A stretch of 63,668 bases of DNA, filler included, from Lenisia limosa (lineage: Eukaryota > Protista > Breviatea), in NCBI GenBank assembly GCA_001655205.1. It is 8 parts of 8 records of this genome, joined end to end, with 100 filler letters (N's around TTAATTAATTAA, not from the genome) between each part and the next. Parts side by side here need not be neighbours in the genome. Positions count along the whole stretch, not along the records: positions 1 to 29,645 come from LPNZ01010644.1; positions 29,746 to 44,159 come from LPNZ01008704.1; 6 more parts are not named here. One strand, written 5' to 3'. The notes under the pieces were generated by a model. The model made no database searches and was not told the DNA's origin. It worked only from the letters and a program-made list of their open reading frames with translations. Positions 25,901 through 38,150 of this stretch are shown here, one piece after another (positions within the stretch are counted from its first letter, which is position 1; each line of letters opens with the position of its first letter). Made by a program: the position numbers and the translations under genes.

Positions 25901-28475
25901 TCTGCACGATTATTGCCCATATGAGACGGCATAAATCCCAATCCAATTGAAGTATTTCAAGTTAATAACCAACACCTGAGAAATTCGCATCCGAAACAAC
26001 CCATAGTCCTTCGATATTCCCCATCCTACGTGTTGCTGCGTTTTGGTTGTAATAGGTGGAGATATCTTGACAGAACCTTCGAGGGGCTAAAAAATGACGA
26101 TTATATGATTGTTTTGTACTTTGTTCATTTCTTAGTTTGGACACAGAACTGAACTGCAAAAGAGAAATGGACTTTCAACTGACTCTCAAACCTGAAGAAA
26201 AGGGAAGGAAAAGGGGACTAAAAGTGATCTAACTGATCTTGAGGCTTCATTCTTTGTCTTCTAAACAAGGGTTAACCTTGTATCATTGGGTGATATGTTA
26301 ATACAATCCAAGAACCTTAACTCCCACTAGAGTAACGCTGCCGTTTTGTAAGTTGTTCATAGGGCGGTTGGCACTAAGAACTGGAGAATCTGTGTCCAAT
26401 GTGTCAATCCACGCTCCAAGAGAGAACACCCAACAGTTTTGTGTCACATAGTCGTCTGGACATTAAAATTAAGAAGAAAAGAAGGAAATACAAAAGATGT
26501 CTCCTCACCTGAAGCAACGGAGAGAAGAACAAAGTTCCTATTTGGTACTTTGATTTCGGCAGTTGTATCGTGGTCAAAGAGATCCGCTGCAGAGTATTAG
26601 CGAAATGGTTGAAATGGCCTCGAGTGAAAGAGAGAGCACAGAATTGCCTATGATGAGAAGGGCCCACCAGTGTAGTCACATAGGGTTGTGAGTGAGCAAT
26701 GTATCCAAGACGAGGCGAAAGACCTAATATGTTGGATAAAAAGAGGGAAACGCCCCAATCAATCTGGTAAACTATTTGAGAAACTCTGACATTTAAAAAC
26801 CTCAACCTAAAACAAGGTGAAAACTCACTGAGTTCGATCAACAAGAAGAGAAATGGCCCGATCTCCTAAAAAATAAATGCTTAGCAATAAGATTTGATTG
26901 CCCTAAAGTTGAAAATCTCACCATTAGTGATGTGAGTTGTTAAAAGAATCAACACAAGATGACTTGTATTTGTGTCTTCCTAAACAAAATAAAGGGGTTT
27001 CGCCATTAGCAAGTATTCAAATACTTTGATTTGACTCCCACAAACATCAATTACAAACAGCATGACATATGACCTTCCCTCATCTTCAGATAAATTGCAG
27101 TGTGTCAGAGCAACGGGTGTTCCTTTTGATTCTTAAACAGGTAAACTTGGTAACATAAAACACTTTTTTTTGCACAGCAGAACCCGTCTACCACAATCAT
27201 AGAGCGCCGTATGTGAGGTTAATGAAGCCAATGAAATGCAAATGACAACACCAGTGTTGGTGCAAAGAGAAAGCACCGATGTGTGGGGGTCAATGTCGAA
27301 GAAAGTCATCTGTAACATGAGTAAGAAATACTGCACCAAAGCCATACTATCATATCGCTGTCTGGTGGGAGTACTTCTTCGAAAGTAATCTACATTATGA
27401 AAATACATCCAACAGCAAGAACATAAAAACAACTAAGATACTTCGGCTTCCCCCAAAACAGATAAATATTGAAATTTATGTGAATTGGGGACAATAGGAA
27501 GCCCCTAATAACACACCTGTAGAACCGCATCCCCAAGGTCCTTGATCTGTGTTTCAGTCTCAACCTGCAGTAACTCATGGAGATCCACCACCAGCAGTGA
27601 GCAATCGAGGAAGCCTAAGAAAATCGGGTGCATAAACTCAGCTATTCGGCTGTTGACATTCGGGTACAGACTCTGGACAATAAGCACCATCCTGATACCC
27701 AGTACCACTACCATTTGAGATGGGTCAACAGAGTGCACGAGCTTTGAATGGAGTTTTATTGATGAAATCAGTCCACGGAATAGGTCTACCACACGCAAGA
27801 TTTGGTCACCTATTGTTATAAGTAATCAGAGCAGGATGACCCAAGTATGTTAAGGAATTGAATGTTTGATACAGCACTAATACAACCCCTACCGTTAGAG
27901 TTTGTACAGGAAACCAGTATGCTATTCCCATAATGCGTAAAATAGACCGCAGCAATAACCTATCTTGTAAATTGCGTTGGAAGCAAGGGAAACCAAAGTA
28001 TTCAAACATAGCAAGACAATAGGTGAATAACGCGCAGATATGGTAATGCAATCAAGAAAAAAAGTTTTAACAGGTGGACCTCACTTACAGTATTCTTGTC
28101 TAATGTGAATTCGTTCACAACGGCAACCTAATCGGAAGTTTATAAATAACGGGGAAGGCTGTTAGCTTTACCTTTTCCTTTCTCCACTTGAGAACTTGAA
28201 GCGTATTTTCAAAGAAACGAACAGAATAATCCCCTTAATAATTTTAGACAGAGCAAGATACTTTCTAGCCACAAACCTTGACAATCTGTTACAAAAGAAG
28301 CATGTTCTGTTACAACCGTGTCTTCGACAATGAAGGGAGGGACAAGACTATTTACCATGCCTATCGGCTCTGAACCCCCGGCTAGGTTGCTGGATCCTTT
28401 GATAACAGCCTCCATTTTTCTGAGGGATTGTTGGGGAAGATGCTTCGTTTGTGCGATCAAGTCAACGGGTGGCAT
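22959..28475 (-). CDS. Large beta-propeller/alpha-solenoid protein, probable nucleoporin Nup160/Nup120-like, multi-exon
   Basis: More than 20 phase-compatible exons. Segments PHTSVLSLCTNTGVVICISL, TCYVNLMDSLNAV, YQQLLSIYYQIGNFPASLVVAEKW and IVRAYQKLMEGGVP recall Nup160 motifs in the right order. Ends MVHFCIA* at 22959. The gene is confident; the family call is moderate. Confidence 0.5.
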
Positions 28476-28798
28476 GAGGGCGACTACATCAAAAGAAGCA
28501 ACAAAGGTTCCGCCTTCCTTTCTTTATGTGTATTTGAGTTATTGATTGAGATATTTGTTTATTGGGGATTATATGGCTTTGGAAAAAAGGCGCCCTCTCG
28601 CAATTTCTCTGTACCCCCGGACGGTCTGTTTTTGATCTGAATGATCTGAATGAATATGTGTTTGATCTGAATGATCTATTTTAAATGAGTGAAAAGCGGT
28701 GTTTGCAGATGGTTTGCGATGTTCACGTGTTCATTTGTGTTTGGTTTCATGTTCTATGTATATTAAATCAGTCTTTAATATTGCACGATACCAAGTAT

Positions 28799-29131
28799 GG
28801 TCACCCCAAAATATGTTCACCACCACTCTGGTGGTTGATAAAAGTGGCGGNNNNNNNNNNNNNNNNNNNNNNNNNNNNNNNNNNNNNNNNNNNNNNNNNN
28901 NNNNNNNNNNNNNNNNNNNNNNNNNNNNNNNNNNNNNNNNNNNNNNNNNNNNNNNNNNNNNNNNNNNNNNNNNNNNNNNNNNNNNNNNNNNNNNNNNNNN
29001 NNNNNNNNNNNNNNNNNNNNNNNNNNNNNNNNNNNNNNNCCAGGAGGGTTTCGAAAAACAGTGGCGGTGTACGGTTTTCGTGTTTTCTATAGTGGCGGTG
29101 TACGGTGGTGAACACATTTTGGGGAGTGACC
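28799..29131. mobile_element. Non-autonomous TIR (MITE-like) element spanning an N gap
   Basis: GGTCACCCCAAAATATGTTCACCACC (28799-28824) is an imperfect inverted repeat of GGTGGTGAACACATTTTGGGGAGTGACC (29104-29131). Internal AGTGGCGG(TGTACGG) repeats are present. No clear TSD. Confidence 0.5.
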
Positions 29132-29645
29132 CCCCCTTGGATTGCACGTTGTACTTTGTACCAATATTACACTTGTTCAGAATTAACTTGTTTTTACACC
29201 TTAAAGTTTGGCAAATAAAACTGAATTTTAAACCAAATTATCAAGGCATCTACAGTACCCCCCTCGGCAAACGCAAGAGCAGCAAGAGACAGAAAAGAAA
29301 GTACATTAATTAGATTAGTAGAAAGAACAATACACCATTTCACTCCTCCCTGACCATANNNNNNNNNNNNNNNNNNNNNNNNNNNNNNNNNNNNNNNNNN
29401 NNNNNNNNNNNNNNNNNNNNNNNNNNNNNNNNNNNNNNNNNNNNNNNNNNNNNNNNNNNNNNNNNNNNNNNNNNNNNNNNNNNNNNNNNNNNNNNNNNNN
29501 NNNNNATCGCGGACAAGGGCCTGGATCGGCTCACCGCTACAAAGTCAGACGTTTTGGTTTATAAGTAGTTGGATTTTAATGAGTCAAGGTTTTCAACACC
29601 TTCCTGATTATTTCAACCTCTATAGTCTGCCAATATAACAGGTTA

Positions 29646-29745
29646 NNNNNNNNNNNNNNNNNNNNNNNNNNNNNNNNNNNNNNNNNNNNTTAATTAATTA
29701 ANNNNNNNNNNNNNNNNNNNNNNNNNNNNNNNNNNNNNNNNNNNN
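29646..29745. other. Artificial scaffold linker (44N-TTAATTAATTAA-44N)
   Basis: Exact 100-bp spacer with stop codons in all six frames; the identical structure recurs seven times. Confidence 0.97.
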
Positions 29746-30039
29746 AACTCGTTTATGATATTCTAATAACGTTATTTCGGTCCCCCAGGTTTATCATATT
29801 GACCCATGTCATTTTTGTGGCCCGGCACCAGGGTCACCCCCCTGTGAAAGCTTTCAGGATATAAGGAAGGAAGTAAATTTTAAGAGAATATACCCGCTGG
29901 CGTCCAGGGGAAAGATTTTGGCAAGATTTTTCATTAGCGCATTAGCAGTAGAAATGCAGAAGAAATAGTTTGGTGGATATGGGAGGGAAAGGAAGCAAAC
30001 TGAAACCAACTCAAACCAATAGTATTGGTGTCGAAACTT

Positions 30040-31980
30040 CAAGTACGACGTCGTCTGATTTTCTTAATGAAGTCTTCTTTATTGATTTTTTAACTAGGAA
30101 AAACATTTGTTGGAAGGAAAATATGACTCTGCCCTTAAAACTATAGAGTCTTTAACAGCAGCAAAAGGATCTTTAGAAATTCTTGTAGACACTTTGAGAA
30201 GTCATGTTCAACGGCTTACAAAGACTAATGAAGAGTTTTTGACTTCAAAAACGCAGAAAAATGTTCTCCTTTTGTTTTTATCAGAGTGAAATTGAATCCT
30301 TAAATGAAGAATTGAAAAGAATCCAGATCTTGTACAATACTTTGCAAGAGGCTGAATCGAAATCAAGTTTTTTTTTTGTCGTGTGTAATCTGAAAATTCT
30401 GTTGATGACTCGTCAATAGATCATCATTCTTCTACCAATAATCCTTCAATCTTAGTTCCGAGTTTTTCTTTATTATTTATTTTGGTGAAAGTCAGTTTGA
30501 AAGTTTAATAACCTGGCTCATCGGAGACAGATCTGTAACAGAGGACGATGTTTGGAGTGCTTTTAGAGATGTTGAGAAGAGGGTTATTTTTGAATGGTTT
30601 CTTTGGACATCTCTTCATTGCAAGAGATTAGCAAAGCTGTTAACTCTTTCTAAAATGGCAACTGCTCATGTTCTACTTTCTCTCCCTGTTTGGTCTCATT
30701 TTTAATTAGGTGATGATGGCAAGAATCACGGACGAAGCTTGTATTCACCTTCAAGCAGAACAAGCAACAGTGTTTGTGTGGGATGAAGAAGAGAAGCAGC
30801 TTTATTCACTTTCGTCAATCCAAGAAGATAATTCAACAAGACCTGTCACATCGTGTGCATTTAGAGAAGATGATAATGGAAGTGATGAGGTAAGGTTGTC
30901 AATTTTTCAGTTTACCTTTTTCAAAGCCTGTTAGCATTCGTCAAAGTGATTCAGTTACAATAGATGATGATGGTATGACTTAGCCTTATTCTTTTTCTTT
31001 ATTATTTTCTTTTTATTCCTTTTTAACCTTTATTTTTAGATGGGATTGCAGGGTTTGTGTTTCAGTCTGGTGAAACAGTTTCAATTGTTGAAGTTACACA
31101 AGATCTAAGATATAGGTTTCTTTGGGAACTATAACGTAGTGAAGGTGCCGATTGTAGACAAGGAGTGATGCCATTCACCATGTGTTGCTGTAGAATCAAT
31201 GCTCATGGTGGGAAAAGGTTAGGAGTTTTACAAGTGATTAATAAAAAACAATCAGACGAATTCTCAGAGCAAGTTTTTACCTCTTTCTAACAGGATAAAA
31301 TAAGGCTTGAATCTCTTGCAGTCAAAGCAGGGGTGCAGTTATATCGATCCCAAGCCCTTGATGAAGCCAAAAATGTCATTCGAAATAACCCATTGCTCGA
31401 CCAGTTAATGTCAGTTGATCGTCGAGAACTTTCATTAAATAGAACAATACAGGAGACTCGGGAAAAAGTTTATTAGATTGTTGTAATTTCGGTTTCTGAT
31501 ATTCTTGAATGTCAGCGTGCTTCAGTATTTCTTGCTGACACTAGCACAAAAGTAGGGAGCTAATCATTGATTTTCAGGAACTTTTTACAAGAACGGTTGA
31601 AGGCTATGAAATCCGGTTTCCGTGGAATAAAGGGCTTGCAGGAGAGTGCTATTCAAAGCGTGAAGTTTGTGATTATAATTATTTTTGGTGATCATTGTTA
31701 ATGACCCCTACTCTGATTCACGCTTTAATCAAGCTTTTGATAGAAAGCATAATTTTAAAACACGTAGTATAATGTGCTTACCTATTTATGATGAAAATAC
31801 TCGATGTGTTGGAGTAATTCAGGTATATTGTTTTGTTAATGTTTGGCAATTAATAAAGGGGTTGATGAAGAAGATGAATTTGAAGAAGAAGACGAACATT
31901 ACTTCAGACAAACAGTTACACAAGCTGGAGCAGATCTTCAGTATGCAAGGCTCTTTGAAAGAGCTGCTCGTTGGACATAA
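30040..31980 (+). CDS. Coiled-coil plus tandem GAF-domain protein (PDE-type GAFa/GAFb), multi-exon; ends uncertain
   Basis: GAF-A: LQAEQATVFVWDEEEKQLY...GIAGFVFQSGETVSI...GVLQVINKK. GAF-B: LECQRASVFLAD...EIRFPWNKGLAG...VNDPYSDSRFNQAFDRKHNFKTRSIMCLPI...GVIQ. The reading frame stops at TAA 31978-31980. Confidence 0.75.
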
Positions 31981-32799
31981 AGACAATGTCAGTAATATAA
32001 CTCCTCTGTGTTAGGGATGTGTTAGAAGGAATGACATGCTATAGAGTGGAAGCCAGTTGTTCTGGAAGTATAGTTTTATCACCAACGTTGGTTAGGTCAT
32101 ATTGCTGTTGGGCCCCAGTTTATGTTTATATTGAGTAAAATAGTATTCTTTTGACATTATTTTTTCAAATATTTCTCACAATTTGTGCTCAAAACGTCAC
32201 GAACGTCATTCAGCAGATGACTAATGGGACGGTCAAGGGTTTAGATTTTGTACAATAGTGTTTTCTTGAAGTTTAGTTCTTCTTTCTTTTTTCTTGTTTA
32301 TTTTTGTTCTGATATACTGTGGGTGTTGGGTCGTTTTTAGCTTTTGTGGTTGACGAGCCGAGCTTCCCTGGGTATGTTTCCAAAAACAATTCCTAACCAA
32401 TCCCTAATGTTTCCAGCTTATACCTTAAAACCTAATGACATTCATATCATCGTAAACCTTGGTCCGGAAAGCGAAAAAGATATTAGAAACAAATAAAAAT
32501 GCACAACATGACACGCAACATACACACATACTACTCCTCAACAAAGAGACGCTTCCCTCCTGCTTCCTTCATACGAATTGGTGTAGTGGCGCATGCTTTG
32601 GCTGCCAATTTCGGTGTCATAACTGTTGTATGAGAAACAATAACATTTATGTGAAAAGTTGAAAAGCAGCGTGTGTAATCAATTTCCATTTGCCTGCTCT
32701 AAAGTCCACAAAAATGTTGCTAATACTTTGAAACTGTGAACATTCCAGGGTGACACGAAACATCAATAATCCACCTCCTCAAAGGTTGTATTATTTTAA

Positions 32800-34730
32800 A
32801 CTCCGCGCCTCCCTAACCTACTCGTTTGTCCTTGAGGCGTTGTCGGGGGTGAAGGAGACCTCGCACGGCTGCCCTAAACGATGTCACTTGAAATTCTGCC
32901 ATGATGTTACATTTATAGCTGAGCAATATGGACCCACGTGGCGCTGCTTCGCGAACTTGGCCGCAATCCCTTCAATGACAGCGAGTGACATCACAGGTGG
33001 GGTGTTCTGAATAAGTATGAGGGGATCATGGCCCTGAGGCAACAAACCTTGAGAGTTGTAATTGAGGCTTGGACGACACTGATCTCGCGCTGCCCTGTCT
33101 TCACATATTGCGAGAAATGTGTCTTGGCCCTGAAGCTGTAAACAGAGGGGACGGGTAACCAAGAAAGTATATCATATATCATATGATATATGATAGCTAT
33201 ATATATTATGTATATTATATATAAACTGGAATATTCCCCTAAAGATACACTATTTACATGCAAAAGCAAAGCAAAGTTCCAACCAGTTAACGAAGGCTTC
33301 GAATGCTTGGGGAGTGCACTCTTTGTTAATAAGACTGCGGCTGGCATCATTAACTTGACTCTATATTGGTGGGTGTTGAATTGCAAACGAAATATATACA
33401 AATTGCAGACAGCTGGAGTCCATCAAATTACCTGTGTTTTTGCCTGTGCTTCAGTCATCTTCACCTCAATGTCCCGAGTGCGTTCTTGAAGAGGGGCGAG
33501 TTGGGCCTGCAGATTCTCTGCATGGGTTCAAAAACTAAACATTGTAGACCATAATAAAGCAATAAAGGAAAGCCTTCAAACCTGAAAACAACTTTGCTCG
33601 CCAGAGCTCGATCCTCGTCGGTGATACATTTCTGGAGTGTTAAGCCTGCCCAAATTCAAGTTATAAAGAAACTTATGAAAACAACATGTATCTGTTACTT
33701 CTCTGGACGCCGGCGGGTATACTTTCGGAAAATTAGTCCCTTCCTTATACTCTGGAAGCTTTCAACTTTTTCGATCTAGTTACTCATTTCGTAGTTTTTT
33801 ACACTCTATATTTCTAATTCCCTTCTCAGCTAGTTCTCTGGGCTTGTCATAAAAGACATGTTTGGTTGGGGAATCCCTCTTCATGACTTCCCTATCGTAT
33901 TCTGTTGTTAATTGTCAACACTTACGTCAAATTCTACAGGCTCTCCTCCCTCACGATTGTTTCCTTTGTGATCTCTCCTTTTATCCAAACCTCATCACAC
34001 CGCAGGTCATTGAGGGTCCTCAATTTGAGGACCCGGTCCCCATATGCTTTGATGGAGGTTGTTTAAGGCCTAAACTTCCAGGACGACCACGAAGGCAAGG
34101 TGCAAGGGGGAGGGGGGGTATAAACAACACATCATATATTATGGTATTCCATATTTATGCGATGGTGTAGTAGTTTTTTTTGTACACCAGACTCGGCAAT
34201 AAAATCAAATTAATGTTGAGAAATGTCTTTATGGAACTGTCGTTGGGAATCAAAGCNNNNNNNNNNTTGAAGTGCACAGTGTTGATTTGGAAGGTAGTAA
34301 AACCCTTTATGCTCCAGGAAACTTGTAAACACAAGGTTATGTCCCTGGAAGAAACTGTTCGCACAAACCTGGTGCTTTCCCTGTTTCCTCTCCAGATCAG
34401 TTGAGGCCTCATCAGATCGAGGTTGCCAATCTTCTTCTGCGACGGGAGTCTGTTGCTGCTGTTCTGCCAACAGGAAGTGGTAAATCGCTGATTCCTGTCA
34501 TCGTTGCGCTTTAGTTTAGGGTTGTTATCTTTATTGTATGGGCATTGTTTTATTCATAAGAATAGGCAGGGGTATCAACATACATGCAAAATAACTTCAT
34601 GGTCCTTTAATTTTTCATGCGAAATACATTAAAAACACTGATTATGGGCCTAGAATGCCCCTGCGATANNNNNNNNNNTAAGACATTCTTGCACCATCAG
34701 ATTTGATTGTTTCCACTCTTGAGTAACCTA
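32800..34730 (+). pseudogene. Decayed RecQ-like/telomere-linked-helicase-type gene fragment, possibly mobile
   Basis: 34392-34510 reads PDQLRPHQIEVANLLLRRESVAAVLPTGSGKSLIPVIVAL* (Q motif plus Walker A of RecQ-type SF2 helicases). The upstream 1.5 kb is intron-poor coding-like sequence broken by stops and frameshifts. Confidence 0.5.
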
Positions 34731-35589
34731 GAGGCATTTAAGTAGAGAATACGAGACAAATTGGGCAAAGAATGAGCGTAAATTTCCCTTAAATGGGCAA
34801 AAATATGATAGAAGATGTTAATAAATCAAGCGAATTTGACTCTTACCTTTTGTGCCGTTCCAAACGGTAAATGGGTTATTGACGCAGTATATACCTTAAT
34901 CAGACGTCTATTTCGTCCATTGGCTCTATTATAGAGACTGAACAAGGAAAATTCTTGAAAAAACCGTTACAAAAGTTGACTTAAATACCTCAAAACCACT
35001 ACATTTTCTCCAAAAATGGACTTCAGATTCGACTTCTCCTTAAAAATCTGCATTTCTATAGTGGGGCACTTTAATAGGCTCAAAATGCTATTATTCTGAA
35101 AGAGGGGGGTTTCAAAAAATATTTACGAGTAAAGGAAACTGGTGACCCCGGCCGGGTTCGATTCTGATCAAAAGATCTATTTTTTCGATTATTTTATCTC
35201 CTCATTTTTTTTTTCTTTTTTTTGCTCAAAATTTCTTTGTTTTGATGTTGTTGATAGTCTAATACTCAAAACTGCCGAATTTCACACTAAAAAGGGTGTT
35301 ATTGAAGCGATTTATGTCGATTTTTGGCTTGTTCGCGGTTTTAATCATGTTCGCGGTTTTAAACACCAACCTGTATATATACTGTATATAATTATATATC
35401 ATACTATATGATGTAACATAAGATATACAAAATAGTATATAACACATATTATATTCTATATATATCACATGTATACATATAAGATATAATACATAGTATC
35501 AATACGTATGATACATATGATATATTAACAAAGGAGCGGTATAGTGATTTTAAATGCATATTACAATAAATATGATAAAGAAAACATAC

Positions 35590-38150
35590 TCTTTCAGTCG
35601 AATGCCATGAACATCAAGTACGAGCCATCTTGAGAGCGGTTTTATCTGCTTCAGAACGAAGTTCCAAAATAATTGATACAAGCTTTGTGATTCCTTAAAC
35701 AGTCAAAGAGGATATCATTCAAAATAAGAACAAAGTAGATTTCATATTATACATACATATCATGATATCATATCATATTATAATAATATGTAATACACCT
35801 ATAATAACCTCGTAATAAATACCCCCCCCCCATAAGATAATTAATTCCCCAATAATATGTAGATGTACTACATGGTACAAAAACATTATCATATTATTTT
35901 ACTATAAGGAAATATAATAAACAACTGTGACCATAATTTGAATACTATTCGCAAACCTAGAACGTCAGCATTCTCAAGGAGCGAAGGGAGCTTTTGGAGA
36001 TCGTCCAAAAAGGCCTGAAACTTGCCAAAGTGCTCCTTGGGATCAGGATGATCGGGATTCTTAAGGTGAAGAGTGAGATTGAACAATTAAACAATGAGCA
36101 AAAACAAGATAATGAAACGCAGCTACAAACCTACAAGCCGTTGACGTCTTTCAGGTGATCGACTGAAGCGCACTCCATCTCGGCGTTCAATGAGTACTCA
36201 TCACACAAATTGGCAATTGACAGGACTTTGCTGTAATTTGTTGAAAATTCAAGTTGGCTCACTTTTCCGGTCTGGGTGAACTCTGCATACATGCTTTGGA
36301 TTGGCGCAGTGATCTTCTCAGCCAAGACTCTCAGTTGATCCGTTTGAGGACCAATGGATGGTTGCCCAGAAGGAAGAGTTTTTTCAAACCGAGTGACTTT
36401 TCGGAGACAGGGAAAGGAGGGAAGGTTTAAAAAGCTGACTCTTGGAATGGTCAAAATTGGGGATTCATCTAGAAGGGGGCTTGGTAGGTGTTAAAGTGCG
36501 TTAGAGAAGGGACGTTAAAGCGTGAATGTGTTGGAATCGATAATTTCATTGGTTCAATTTTAATCCTGGGAATGGAATCACCAATGTCGGACTGGTCCCA
36601 ATCCTCATCAACACGAGGTATGTAGTCTTCGTCGCATTCACTTACTGAGTCCTCTGCATCTCCATCTGCATCGGTTTAGGTTGCTGGGGAAATGGACCTC
36701 ACAAGTATGGTGTCATTTTGCTTGTGGAGTCCTCTCAGTAACATTACCATCTTGGAACCGCCCATGGTTTTCACGGCCGAGGCAAATTCTAGCATGGCTT
36801 GTGAGTGTGGGGGGGAGAGGTTAAGGACAGAGAGGGCACAGTTCACTGTAAGTTCATGCTGTAGGGGGAATTTTAGCGCGAAAGAATTGGGAGGTGGTAA
36901 TACTGCCAGGACGGCAATCATATCGGCACAATCTGAGTTGCTCATAGTCTTGGCAAAGTTGGTGGCATTGGCAAGGAAAAGCATACTGGCAGACTTATTC
37001 CTTTTATACTCCTCCTGAATTTGGTCTTCAAGCATTTTGACAAATGTGGCACTAATTTTATACTTTAAGGCAACTCCATAAAGCGAATTTCCTCAAATCG
37101 ACTGGGCATGGTGAATCTTCTGCTGTTTCAGGTGGTGCCGGAGGTGGGAAGGTCGAAGGAATCTCATCTTTAAAGAAAGACAACTGCGCAGCATTACACT
37201 TTTGGCAGTTGGCAGTTATGCCTTCCGGGTTCCGAAATATGCATGCATGCGCTTGATCGTGGGGGGACGTTTCCTCTTGGTGGCGTTACCAGATGACCAC
37301 CCTTTGTGTGGGGTTTGCTCCACGAAATACTTCATCCGTGGGTTATCAAGCCCCAAGCAAGGAGGTAAAAGCGGGGTGGAGGGGAGATTGAAGGAATCAA
37401 ATCCTAATTCAGGAGATGGAGTGCAAATATTGGAGTCATATGTTGCAACGACCTTGGGAATTTCGCCCTCAAATACACAGGCAAATTTCCCTGACGGGAG
37501 CAGTACAAATGCTAAAATAGTCAATACTTTTCAAATATTACTCAGTAGAAGTTAAACAAAGAAAACCCAAAATGGCTGCATTGGCGTCTTTAAAATTTTC
37601 CGAGGCAATTAGTCTAACGAATCAGTGGTTTTAATCTTATAGATTCATACCAAAGTGTTAACAAGCTCTTGGAACCGGTGCCTCTTTGGCGGCTCTGGCA
37701 ATCATGGGACGTGGAATCTGGAAATGCTAAATGTGTCACACTGAATAAAAAATCTAACCTTCACATCGTCGGTTTATAGTCTTGCGACAAGCTGAGCAAA
37801 TATGGCAGCCTTCAGCAATTCAGCATCGGAAACAATAGACTGGTCTGACACCATGCAGTTCAGAAGTTTCAACAAGAAAGCGGCCCTCGCCTCATCGGAA
37901 TATAGTGCTTTGCACTCATTTTTGCAAACAACACATGGACCAATTTTAGAAAGTAAAATGACGATTCTGAAAAAACACTTGAGAAACAAATTCATACAGT
38001 GTTCCGTTTTTTGATCTTCTTAGGATATAAATGAGGGCTACCAGCACAGAAACTGTCTCTTTTTTCTTAGGAGGCACCTGGATGGTTAATGGTTGATGCA
38101 ACTGCTTTCCTGTATAGTGATAAATGACTCCATGTAACTCTGCTACCGTG
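35590..38150 (-). CDS. Divergent KDZ-transposase-related gene (N-terminal and middle part only visible); possibly a pseudogene
   Basis: Exon 35590-35693 (ESQSLYQLFWNFVLKQIKPLSRWLVLDVHGIRLKE) aligns with the scaffold-6 KDZ segment QDCHHLFLHLCVEDIKQ...DLAIDCVDIGIKD. Long upstream exons include the PKVVATYDSN...PPCLGL domain shared with 55621-55737. The splice model is only partly resolved. Confidence 0.5.

Noticed and set aside
28625-28680. Short TGATCTGAA(TGA) repeats, and similar AAAGATTTCAGGGTTAT repeats at about 62175-62230
   Set aside because: They have two to four imperfect copies in AT-rich intergenic DNA, with no further structure to support a functional call.
29690-29701. TTAATTAATTAA as a telomeric repeat, TSD or biological palindrome
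   Set aside because: It is always centred in exactly 44 N on each side, which marks it as an artificial linker.
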